This document shows, in pieces, positions 1 through 7,899 of a DNA stretch of 64,000 bases. The notes beneath the pieces are model-generated. The model made no database searches and was not told the origin of the DNA. It saw only the letters and a program-made list of their open reading frames with translations. This stretch comes from Gaiellaceae bacterium. GTDB taxonomy: Bacteria > Actinomycetota > Thermoleophilia > Gaiellales > Gaiellaceae. Location: contig DASWDJ010000195.1 in NCBI GenBank assembly GCA_036395295.1, forward strand, positions 2,283 through 66,282. Direction: 5' to 3'. Within the stretch, counting starts at the first letter, position 1, and each line of letters starts with the position of its first letter. A program made the position numbers and the translations under genes.

Positions 1-1217
1 GCAGGTTTGTGTGGTCCCGAGCCTGGGGCGACACGCAGCTGGTGCCGTTGCTCGAGGAAGCTCTCGCCGCTCTTCCCGAAGAGGACGGCGAGCTGCGGGT
101 TCGGCTGCTCGCGCGGCTGACGGCCGGCCCGCTGCGAGACACGCTCCCTCGCGAGCCGAGGGTGGCGATGAGCCAGCAGGCGGTCGACATCGCCCGCCGC
201 CTCGGCGATCCGGCGACGCTCGCGTACGCGCTCGAGGGGCGCTATGAGTCGGACTGGAGCCCGGATGTGCACCAAGAACGGCTCGCCATCGTGAATGAGC
301 TGATCGAGGTTGCCGAGAGCACGGGCGAGGCGGAGCGAGCATACGCGGGGCACGACTGCCGCTTCTACGTGCTGATCGAGGCCGGCGACCTGCCTGCCGC
401 ACACGAGGACGATGAGGCCGCAACCCGATTGGCGCACCAGCTTCGCCAGCCGGCTCAGCTCTGGGACACCGTCACCCGAAGCGCCATGCTCGCGCTTTTC
501 GAGGGCAGGTTCGAAGAGGCCGAAGCCGCGATTCACCAGGCACTCGAGCTAGGTCGGCTGGCGCAAAGCGCGAATGCGCAGCAGGCATTCGATCTCCAGA
601 TGTACGCGCTCCGGCGTGAGCAGGGTCGGCTGGGGGAGGTCGTCGAAGTCGTCGAGCGCGCCGTCGACGATTACCCCGCGTACCCCGTCTGGCGGTATGT
701 GGTTGCCGACGTCTTCGCACAGCTCGGGCGGATGGACGACGCCCGTGTCGCACTCGAGGTTCTCGCGGCTGACGCGTTTCCGGCTTACGGGGCGGGCGGG
801 GAAATGCAGTGGCTGTGCAGTATCAGCCTGCTGCCCGAAGTGTGCCGCGACCTCGGTGACGTGGCACAGGCAGCGACGCTCTACGAGCTCCTACTTCCTT
901 ATGCAGCGCTCAACGCCGTGACGCCGCCCGAGCTCTGTCTGGGTTCAGCGTCCCGCGGCCTCGGGATCCTCGCCGCGACGAGATCGATGTGGTCCGACGC
1001 AGTCCACCACTTCGAGGATGCGGTTGCGATGAACGCCGAGATGGGCGCCCGTTCGTGGCTCGCTCACACGCAGTACGACTTTGCGCACATGCTGCTGGCG
1101 TGCGGCAACGCCGACGATCGTGGGCGCGCAGATGATCTCCTCGCCTCAGCGAGGTCGCTCTCCCAAGAGCTTGGCATGAGCGCGTTGACCGAGAAAATCT
1201 CGGCGCTGTCGAACTAG
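1..1217 (+). CDS. C-terminal helical-repeat (TPR-like) region of a large signal-transduction regulator. The 5' end lies upstream of the window.
   Basis: The frame is open to the window edge. About 400 aa of Leu/Ala/Glu-rich helical repeats have the same style as the C-terminal halves of the 27494-30733 and 22894-24836 genes. Stop TAG at 1215-1217. Confidence 0.6.
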   Translation, partial: RFVWSRAWGDTQLVPLLEEALAALPEEDGELRVRLLARLTAGPLRDTLPREPRVAMSQQAVDIARRLGDPATLAYALEGRYESDWSPDVHQERLAIVNELIEVAESTGEAERAYAGHDCRFYVLIEAGDLPAAHEDDEAATRLAHQLRQPAQLWDTVTRSAMLALFEGRFEEAEAAIHQALELGRLAQSANAQQAFDLQMYALRREQGRLGEVVEVVERAVDDYPAYPVWRYVVADVFAQLGRMDDARVALEVLAADAFPAYGAGGEMQWLCSISLLPEVCRDLGDVAQAATLYELLLPYAALNAVTPPELCLGSASRGLGILAATRSMWSDAVHHFEDAVAMNAEMGARSWLAHTQYDFAHMLLACGNADDRGRADDLLASARSLSQELGMSALTEKISALSN

Positions 1218-1254
1218 GCATCTCGTGGCGAGAGGCCCGCAGTAAGCTCGCGCG

Positions 1255-2325
1255 GTGGACGAGGCCCAGCTCCTCAACGTCTGGGACTACGAGCGCGCCG
1301 CCGAGGAGCGGCTCGATCCCGGGACGTTCGGCTACATCGCCGGCGGGGCGAACGACGAGTGGACGATGCGCGAGAACCTCGCCGCGTTCAACCGCTGGGT
1401 CCTGCGGCCGCGCACGCTGGTCGATGTCTCCGAGGTCAGAACCGGCACGAGGGTGCTCGGGACGGAAGTCGCGCTGCCCGTCCTCGTCGGCCCGACGGCC
1501 TTCCAGCGCATGGCCCATCCTGACGGCGAGCGGGCCATGGCCCGCGGCGCCGCTGCGGCCGGGACCGTGATGTGCCTCTCGACTCTTGCGACCGGCACGA
1601 TCGAGGAGGTCGGCACTGCAGCCGGCGACGGAGCGCGCTGGTTCCAGCTCTACTGGTCGACTGACCGCGGCTTCGTCCAGGACCTGGTCGAGCGCGCAGC
1701 GGCCGAAGGCTATGGCGCGGTCGTGCTCACAGTCGACTTGCCGGTGCTCGGGCGCCGCGAGCGAGATCTCCGGACGGGGTTCGAGATTCCTGACGACGTG
1801 TCGGTCCCTGCGTTTCTCGCGCTCGCGGAGGGCGCGGGTGCGGTCTCGCCCGTGGACATCAACTGGGTCGTCGACAATTCGCTGAACTGGCGCGACCTCG
1901 AGTGGCTGCGCTCGGTCTCTTCCCTGCCGCTTGTCGTCAAGGGCATCCTCACCGCCGAGGACGCCGTGCTCGCCTGCAAGGCCGGCGCCGAAGCCGTCGT
2001 TGTCTCGAACCACGGTGGCCGCCAACTGGACGGTGTGGCTGCATCCATCGACGCGCTGCCCGAGGTCGTCGAGGCGGTCGGAGACCGCGCCGAGGTGCTC
2101 ATGGACGGAGGAATTCGGCGCGGCACCGATGTGGTGAAGGCGCTCGCGCTCGGCGCGCAAGCGGTGCTCGTAGGTAGAGCCCCCCTCTACGGGCTCGCGG
2201 TTGGCGGCGCCGAGGGCGTCGCGCGAGTCCTCGAACTGCTGCGCGCAGAGCTCGTGCTGGCTCTCGCGCTCTGCGGCTGCGCGTCGCCGGCAGACGTCAC
2301 TCGCGCCCATGTCGGCCGCGTTTAG
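1255..2325 (+). CDS. FMN-dependent alpha-hydroxy acid dehydrogenase (L-lactate dehydrogenase / glycolate oxidase family)
   Basis: 356 aa with a GTG start. Carries the family signature VVSNHGGRQLDG and the C-terminal DGGIRRGTDVVKALALGA motif. Confidence 0.85.
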   Translation: MDEAQLLNVWDYERAAEERLDPGTFGYIAGGANDEWTMRENLAAFNRWVLRPRTLVDVSEVRTGTRVLGTEVALPVLVGPTAFQRMAHPDGERAMARGAAAAGTVMCLSTLATGTIEEVGTAAGDGARWFQLYWSTDRGFVQDLVERAAAEGYGAVVLTVDLPVLGRRERDLRTGFEIPDDVSVPAFLALAEGAGAVSPVDINWVVDNSLNWRDLEWLRSVSSLPLVVKGILTAEDAVLACKAGAEAVVVSNHGGRQLDGVAASIDALPEVVEAVGDRAEVLMDGGIRRGTDVVKALALGAQAVLVGRAPLYGLAVGGAEGVARVLELLRAELVLALALCGCASPADVTRAHVGRV

Positions 2326-2378
2326 AGGCCTCACCCGGGAACGCCGCCCAGGCGCGGCGAAGTCCACGCCGGCGCGAT

Positions 2379-2615
2379 CTAGTGGGCCGCTGATGGGCGC
2401 GCGAAGCCAGCCTCAGCGCGACGGCGCGCCAGGCTCTTCGTCTCGGCGAGGAAGCGTGCGCAGTCCGACTCGTAGCGGGCCGAGACGAACTCGCCGCGGG
2501 GAAGAGGAGCGGGCAGCGACGGCTCATCGATCGGCTTGCCGCGGCCGTCTTGAATCTCGACGGTAGGTTTCACCGTCTCCTCCTTGGTCTCGGGAGTCTT
2601 TATCGGCGGCGGCAT
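2379..2615 (-). CDS. small hypothetical protein (78 aa)
   Basis: ORF with mostly G/C third positions, lying downstream of and co-directional with 2712-3107. I recognise no motif. Confidence 0.35.
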   Translation of the reverse strand: MPPPIKTPETKEETVKPTVEIQDGRGKPIDEPSLPAPLPRGEFVSARYESDCARFLAETKSLARRRAEAGFARPSAAH

Positions 2616-2711
2616 TCTCTGATTTGCCGAACCACCTTTGGCCGATGGTAGAGGCCCGGCCTCGCGGTCCCTATGGCGTCGGCTCGCTCGTTGAGAAGCC
2701 GTAACCGCTAT

Positions 2712-3107
2712 TTACGGTCGCGATTCTCTCGAGTTCTTGCGATCCGATCCTTCCGCCGTCACGAGCACCTCGGCAAGAGCGCGGAGGGCGTTGGCGAGCC
2801 GGTCGCGCACGATGCGAGCGGTTGCGACGCTCATCCGATTCGTGTTCGCAAGCTCCCGAGCCAGGTCACTCTCGACCGCTCTCGCCGCCGCGGCGACCGC
2901 TTCCAGTTGCTCGACGACGGTGCGGATCTGCTCGAACTCCGCGGCCCGTGCCGCCCGCGCGGCATCCTCGAGCACCTCGATGTGCTCGCGGATGTGGTTG
3001 ATCTCCTCGAGGATGGAGCGCTCCTCTTCCGGGCTGAGCGCCTCCTGCCCACCTGGGTCCAACGCATCGAGGATGGAGCGCTCGTCTTCGGTGTCACTCA
3101 TTTCCAA
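2712..3107 (-). CDS. hypothetical acidic coiled-coil protein (131 aa) with an internal ERSIL[DE] repeat
   Basis: GGAGG lies 8 nt upstream of the ATG. GC3 is high on this strand, whereas the two overlapping plus-strand ORFs read as Arg/Ser-rich shadow frames. Confidence 0.55.
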   Translation of the reverse strand: MEMSDTEDERSILDALDPGGQEALSPEEERSILEEINHIREHIEVLEDAARAARAAEFEQIRTVVEQLEAVAAAARAVESDLARELANTNRMSVATARIVRDRLANALRALAEVLVTAEGSDRKNSRESRP

Positions 3108-3211
3108 CCCTCCTCTCTGAATCAGCTACGAGGGTAATCCACAAGCTCGATCCAGTCGAGGGTCCCGTCCGGCCTCTGCGCAGAACCTCGTGAGCGTAGA
3201 GTCGCCTGGGT

Positions 3212-3838
3212 ATGACGACCAGGAGGCTCGCGCTCGCCGGGCTCGTCGGTCCGCCGCTTTTCGCGGCGATCGTCCTCGTCGTGACGGCGCTCGAGTGGGA
3301 CTTTCTGCACGACCTCGGCTGGAGCGCTGCGCCGTTCGACAACCCCGACCCTCCGTGGCCGAGCAGCACGGCGCTCGGGGACTACGGCTTCCTCCAGATT
3401 CTGAACTTCCTCCTGCTCGGCCTCTCCGTGCTCGCGCTCGCGGTCGCCCTCTTCCGCTTCCTCGACGTGCGGCGGAAGGTCGGGCCGAGCCTGCTCGCGC
3501 TGACCGGCGCCGCGCTGTGCCTCTCGGCGATCAGGGCGGACTATGGAATGGTCAACGGCGGCGGGCCTGACACGTGGAACGGATTCATGCACGCCCTAGC
3601 GTTCACGATTCTGCTGCCGGCGGCCCTCGCCTCGATGTTCGTGCTCGCGGCACAGTTCCGCGGCGACGAGCAGTGGCGTTCGCTGAGCCGGTACTCGGTG
3701 ATCGCCGGCGTCCTCGTGCTCGGCGGCATCGTTGGAACCCTCGCGGGCGGCGGCAGTATCTTCTTCTGGCTCTTCCTCGCCGCTCTCCTGGGCTGGCTCA
3801 TGCTCGTCGCCGCGCGCGCTCTTGTCGTCCCGGCCTAA
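3212..3838 (+). CDS. DUF998-like integral membrane protein
   Basis: 208 aa with about 6 hydrophobic helices. The N-terminal pattern LAGLVGPPLFAAIVLVVTALEWDFL...YGFLQILNFLLLG is typical of DUF998 proteins as I remember them. Confidence 0.65.
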   Translation: MTTRRLALAGLVGPPLFAAIVLVVTALEWDFLHDLGWSAAPFDNPDPPWPSSTALGDYGFLQILNFLLLGLSVLALAVALFRFLDVRRKVGPSLLALTGAALCLSAIRADYGMVNGGGPDTWNGFMHALAFTILLPAALASMFVLAAQFRGDEQWRSLSRYSVIAGVLVLGGIVGTLAGGGSIFFWLFLAALLGWLMLVAARALVVPA

Positions 3839-3994
3839 ACTGGATTATCTCCGAGGACGGCCGGTTCTCATGCGTTTAAACCGAGCCAAGCGGGTATCTC
3901 CGTGGCAGGTCGGTCGTTCTAAGACCGATATAGCCGCCAATGCGCCTGACGCTCGCGGCGCAGCCCCGAGAATCGGGCGCCGAAGGAGGTAGCC

Positions 3995-4681
3995 ATGGCT
4001 GTTCAAGCCGAGGAACGCCGAGAAGCGAGGACCTTAGTGGAACTCGCACCCGCGGCCGATCCCGCGCCGCTCGGGCTCGCAGCGTTCGCACTCACTACTT
4101 TCATGCTCAGCGGCCACAACGCGTCCTTCATCCCGGACGTGCTGTGGATCGGGCTCGCGCTCTTCTACGGCGGCCTGATTCAGCTGCTCGCGGGGATGTG
4201 GGAGTTCCGCAACCGCAATGTGTTCGGGTCGACCGCGTTCTCGACCTACGGCGGGTTCTGGCTCGCGCTCGGGATCTTCGTCGTGCTCGCGGACACGACG
4301 AGTCTCGGTGCTTCGCTCAAGGGAGCTGACATCGACAACGGGCTCGCCTGGTTCCTGGTCTCGTTCGCGATCTTCAACACGTACATGATGCTCTGGAGCC
4401 TGCGGGTCAACGTGGCCGTATTCACGGTCTTCTTGACCCTGGAGATCACCGAGATCGTGTTGGCGATCGGCTTCTTCCGTATCGGGAACGGCGGGGGCGA
4501 GTGGGTCCTCCACGCGGGTGGCTGGGTCGGCATCCTGACCGCCGCCGCCGCCTGGTACGCCTCGGCCGCGGGAGTCGTAAACGGCATGTCGCCAAGGCCG
4601 GTGCTGCCGGTCGGCGCGCCGCTGTGGGATCGCCTCCCGGTGTTCTCGCACCTCGGCACGCCGATGCCGCGAGGGGCCTAG
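3995..4681 (+). CDS. satP: GPR1/FUN34/YaaH family acetate/succinate channel
   Basis: Contains the N-terminal family signature NPAPLGLAAFALTTF and six predicted TM helices. The stop is 1 nt before the acs start. Confidence 0.8.
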   Translation: MAVQAEERREARTLVELAPAADPAPLGLAAFALTTFMLSGHNASFIPDVLWIGLALFYGGLIQLLAGMWEFRNRNVFGSTAFSTYGGFWLALGIFVVLADTTSLGASLKGADIDNGLAWFLVSFAIFNTYMMLWSLRVNVAVFTVFLTLEITEIVLAIGFFRIGNGGGEWVLHAGGWVGILTAAAAWYASAAGVVNGMSPRPVLPVGAPLWDRLPVFSHLGTPMPRGA

Positions 4682-4682
4682 G

Positions 4683-6815
4683 ATGACCGACGTTCAGGAG
4701 GTGTCAGCAGCAGAGGAGACGGAGGTCTCCGAGTCGCAGATCGCCGTTCACTGGCGGGAGGAGGAAAACTACTACCCGCCGGCGACATTCATCTCGCAGG
4801 CGAACGCGGCCGACCCGGCCATCTTCGAGCGGTTCAGCGAGGAGCACTTCCCCGAGTGCTTCAAGGAGTACGCGGACCTGCTCACCTGGGATCGCTACTG
4901 GAACACGACGCTGGACACGAGCAACCCGCCGTTCTGGAAGTGGTTCGTCGGCGGGCGCCTGAACGCCTGCTTCAACTGCGTCGACCGGCACCTGGCCTCG
5001 AGCCGCGACAAGGCGGCGTTCATCTGGGTGCCCGAGCCGGAGGACGAGGAGACGAAGGCGATTACGTACCAGGAACTCTACCGCCGCGTGAACGAGTTCG
5101 CGGTGCTGCTCCGGGACTTCGGCGGAGTGAAGACCGGCGACCGGATCACCTTCCACCTGCCGATGGTCCCTGAGTTGCCCGTCTCGATGTTCGCCTGCGC
5201 ACGCCTTGGACTGATCCACTCCGAGGTCTTCGGCGGGTTCAGCGGCGCGGCCTGCGGCCAGAGGATCGCGGACTCGGAGAGTCGCATCCTCGTGACGATG
5301 GACGCCTACTACCGCCAGGGCGAGCTGATCGACCACAAGGCAAAGGCCGACGAGGCGGTAGAGGAGGCGCGCAAGCAGGGCGTCGAGGTCGAGAAAGTGC
5401 TCGTCTGGCGGCGCTATCCGGGGGAGTACAGGTCAGAGAGTCCGATGGTCGACGGTCGCGACTTCTTCGTCGACGAGGTGCTGAAGGACTACCACGACCA
5501 GCTTGTCGAGCCTGTCTCGATGCCCGCCGAGGCGCCGCTGTTTCTCATGTACACGAGCGGCACCACGGGCCAGCCCAAGGGCTGCGAGCACTCGACCGGC
5601 GGCTACCTCGCCTACGTCGCCGGGACGTCGAAGTACTACCAGGACATCCACCCGGAGGACACCTACTGGTGCTTCGCCGATATCGGCTGGATCACCGGCC
5701 ACTCGTACATCGTCTACGGCCCGTTGGCGCTCGGCACCACAAGCGTCATGTACGAGGGCGTCCCGACGTACCCGGACGCCGGCCGTCCCTGGCGGATCGC
5801 CGAGCGGCTCGGCGTGAACATCTTTCACACAGCGCCGACGACGATCCGCATGCTGCGCAAACTCGGTCCGGACGAGCCGACGAAGTACAACTACCGCTTC
5901 AAGCACATGACGACGGTGGGCGAGCCGATCGAGCCCGACGTCTGGCGCTGGTACCACGAGGCCGTCGGCAAAGGCCAGGCCGTTATCGTCGATACCTGGT
6001 GGCAGACCGAGAACGGCGGCTTCCTCGGCAGCACCCTGCCGGCCCTGCAGCCGATGAAGCCGGGCAGCTGCGGGCCGGGCGTGCTCGGCATCTACCCCGT
6101 GATCTACGACGAGCAGGGCGAGGTCGTCGAGGCGGGCAGCGGCAAGGCGGGCAACATCTGTATCCGCAATCCGTGGCCCGGGATCTTCCAGACGATCTGG
6201 CGCCAGGACGAGCGGTTCGTCCAGACCTACTACGAGAAGTACTGCCGGAACAAGGAGAGCAAGGACTGGCACGACTGGCCCTACTTCGCGGGCGACGGCG
6301 CCGTCCAGGCGGACGACGGCTACTTCCGGATCCTCGGCCGGGTCGACGACGTGATCAACGTCGCCGGGCACCGGCTGGGGACGAAGGAGCTGGAGTCGGC
6401 GACCATCACCGTCGACGAGGTTGCCGAGGCCGCAGCCGTTCCGGTGGTAGACGAGCTGCGTGGTCGGGCAGTCGAGATGTACGTCTCGCTCAAGCCCGGC
6501 CTCGACCCGAGCGACGACATCGAAGGCAAGGTGGAGAAGGCGATCGAGACGCAGATCGGGAAGATCGCGCGCCCGAAGAGCGTCTGGGTCGTTCCGGACA
6601 TGCCGAAGACCCGCTCGGGCAAGATCATGCGCAGGGTGATCGCGGGGATCTCGAACTTCGCCGACGTCGGCGACGTGACGACGTTGGCCAACCCCGAGAT
6701 CGTCGACGAGATCCGGGAGCAGGTCCAGAGCGAGAAGATGGCCCGCGGCGAGGTTCCGCGCGAGCTCTCGCCAGAAGAGATGGAGGAGATCAAGGCCTTC
6801 GGCCGCGCGGAGTAG
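4683..6815 (+). CDS. acs: AMP-forming acetyl-CoA synthetase (long 710-aa form with an acidic C-terminal extension)
   Basis: Carries the YTSGTTGQPKG AMP-binding motif, WWQTENGG, and the C-terminal PKTRSGKIMRR catalytic-lysine motif. It sits immediately downstream of the acetate channel gene. Confidence 0.85.
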   Translation: MTDVQEVSAAEETEVSESQIAVHWREEENYYPPATFISQANAADPAIFERFSEEHFPECFKEYADLLTWDRYWNTTLDTSNPPFWKWFVGGRLNACFNCVDRHLASSRDKAAFIWVPEPEDEETKAITYQELYRRVNEFAVLLRDFGGVKTGDRITFHLPMVPELPVSMFACARLGLIHSEVFGGFSGAACGQRIADSESRILVTMDAYYRQGELIDHKAKADEAVEEARKQGVEVEKVLVWRRYPGEYRSESPMVDGRDFFVDEVLKDYHDQLVEPVSMPAEAPLFLMYTSGTTGQPKGCEHSTGGYLAYVAGTSKYYQDIHPEDTYWCFADIGWITGHSYIVYGPLALGTTSVMYEGVPTYPDAGRPWRIAERLGVNIFHTAPTTIRMLRKLGPDEPTKYNYRFKHMTTVGEPIEPDVWRWYHEAVGKGQAVIVDTWWQTENGGFLGSTLPALQPMKPGSCGPGVLGIYPVIYDEQGEVVEAGSGKAGNICIRNPWPGIFQTIWRQDERFVQTYYEKYCRNKESKDWHDWPYFAGDGAVQADDGYFRILGRVDDVINVAGHRLGTKELESATITVDEVAEAAAVPVVDELRGRAVEMYVSLKPGLDPSDDIEGKVEKAIETQIGKIARPKSVWVVPDMPKTRSGKIMRRVIAGISNFADVGDVTTLANPEIVDEIREQVQSEKMARGEVPRELSPEEMEEIKAFGRAE

Positions 6816-6834
6816 GCGGCCGACCGCTCTAGGT

Positions 6835-6864
6835 GACGAGGAGCGCTGCAAAGCGCTCCTCGTC
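6835..6864 (+). terminator. perfect 12-bp stem / 6-nt loop hairpin downstream of acs
   Basis: GACGAGGAGCGC-tgcaaa-GCGCTCCTCGTC begins 20 nt after the acs stop. There is no U-tract, which is common for high-GC intrinsic terminators. Confidence 0.5.
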
Positions 6865-6865
6865 G

Positions 6866-7238
6866 TCGATCGAGGTCGAGAGCGCACTCGTCGACCTCAA
6901 GCGGGTCGCCGAGGCGGCGGTTTGTGGGCGCAAGGACGAGCGGACGGGGGCAGGCGTCGTCGCGTACGTGACGCTTCGCGACGGAGACGAGGGCTCGCTC
7001 GAGACGACTCGAGGAGCTCCGGAACCACCTCGCGAAGAAGATCGGCCCGATCGCAAAGCCGGCGAACATCGTCTCCACGTCCGAGCTGCCGAAGACCTGT
7101 AGCGGCAAGATCATGCGCCGCCTGCTGCGAGACGTCGCCGAGCAGCGCACCCTCGGCAACACGACCACGCTCGCCGACCCGGCGGTCGTCGATGAGATCA
7201 AGGAGTCGGCCGCAGAAGCGAAGGGCGACGAGCAGTAA
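6866..7238 (+). pseudogene. 3' remnant (about 124 codons) of a second acetyl-CoA synthetase gene, frameshifted near 7010
   Basis: Frame 2 reads [47 protein letters not shown]. Frame 3 continues [64 protein letters not shown]. This is colinear with the canonical Acs C-terminus (..ESALV..AEAAVVG..YVTL..IGP.A.P....LPKTRSGKIMRR..). There is no N-terminal 80% and no start codon. Confidence 0.75.
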
Positions 7239-7249
7239 CGATCCGTGAA

Positions 7250-7279
7250 GGGCGAGGACCGCCGCGACGCTCCTCGCCC
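7250..7279. terminator. 9-bp stem hairpin between the acs remnant and the convergent toxin gene
   Basis: GGGCGAGGA-12 nt-TCCTCGCCC. Confidence 0.35.
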
Positions 7280-7288
7280 GCCCCCGCC

Positions 7289-7606
7289 TCAGGCCAGGTC
7301 GAGGACAAGAAGCAAGGCATCCTCGATGCTCCGCATCTCGTCGTGCGTGAGATGACCGACTTGCTTGCCGAGCGCTCGGGCGTCCACTGCGCCGATCATC
7401 TCGCACATGACCCGCGTCGGCTCCTCGCCGATAGATATTTCAGGGTGGAAGCTCGCCGGGGGCGTCGAGCTGGAGGTCGGGCAGATCACAGTCGTTGAAA
7501 GTGCGAGCAGGTCGTCGGCCTGGACGATCACGGCGTAACGCCGTCCGTGCTGGACGCGGCCGCGCCGACGGGGCAATGCGATCTCGTGGACGTCACCCCG
7601 GACCAC
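7289..7606 (-). CDS. type II toxin, PemK/MazF family mRNA interferase
   Basis: 105 aa. The N-terminus RGDVHEIALP...GRVQHGRRYAVIVQADD matches the MazF/PemK pattern (GDI..v.l....G.EQ.G.RPavIvQ.d). It overlaps the upstream antitoxin gene by 14 nt. Confidence 0.8.
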   Translation of the reverse strand: MVRGDVHEIALPRRRGRVQHGRRYAVIVQADDLLALSTTVICPTSSSTPPASFHPEISIGEEPTRVMCEMIGAVDARALGKQVGHLTHDEMRSIEDALLLVLDLA

Positions 7607-7844
7607 GCAGTTGCTCCATCAGCTCTGCGATTTCGCGCGCCTCGCGCACGTAGCTGCTGTCGTCCATGAGTTCTCTCGCCTCCGCGGCGAGCCCTCGGCG
7701 GCGTCGTTCGCGCGCCGCCGTCTCCGCAATCGCCTGACGAGCGGCCTCTGCCCGCGTGATCCCGCGATGGCGCGCAATCTCGTCGAGCTCACGAATCCCG
7801 TCGCGACCGAGGCGGAGTGAGAGTGGGGGTGGTGCTGGCGCCAT
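7593..7844 (-). CDS. type II antitoxin, ribbon-helix-helix (CopG/MazE-like)
   Basis: 83 aa. The N-terminal LSLRLGRDGIRELDEIARHRGITRAEAARQAIAE fits a beta-strand plus two helices. It overlaps the toxin gene. Confidence 0.7.
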   Translation of the reverse strand: MAPAPPPLSLRLGRDGIRELDEIARHRGITRAEAARQAIAETAARERRRRGLAAEARELMDDSSYVREAREIAELMEQLRGPG

Positions 7845-7850
7845 CAGCCC

Positions 7851-7873
7851 ATTGTAGCGCGATTCGCGCTACA
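7851..7873 (-). promoter_or_regulatory. toxin-antitoxin promoter/operator: a perfect 9-bp inverted repeat overlapping a TACAAT -10 box
   Basis: On the minus strand: TGTAGCGCG-aat-CGCGCTACAAT-gggctg-ATG. The -10 hexamer ends 6 nt before the antitoxin ATG, which implies a leaderless mRNA. The same hairpin lies 27 nt after the cyclase gene stop. Confidence 0.5.
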
Positions 7874-7899
7874 GATTCGGCACGAAAATGTGACTTCTC

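Noticed and set aside
910-2367. Very long ORFs antisense to or out of frame with recognisable genes. Examples: 910-2367(-), 5433-6887(-), 16272-17636(-), 18833-20641(-), 21069-22538(-), 25330-27543(-), 28961-30679(+), 33255-34832(+), 47792-49579(+), 61115-62887(-).
   Set aside because: Their translations are Arg/Gly/Pro/Ala-rich and motif-free, and each lies opposite a gene with clear family signatures and high GC3. Such shadow ORFs are expected in ~70% GC DNA, where stop codons are rare.
3839-3994. A possible regulatory RNA or operator upstream of the acetate channel gene: direct repeat TATCTCCG at ~3847 and ~3894, and a 6-bp hairpin at 3910-3928.
   Set aside because: The repeats are short (8 bp) and the hairpin is weak. 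This is a somewhat AT-richer promoter region, but nothing distinguishes it from chance.
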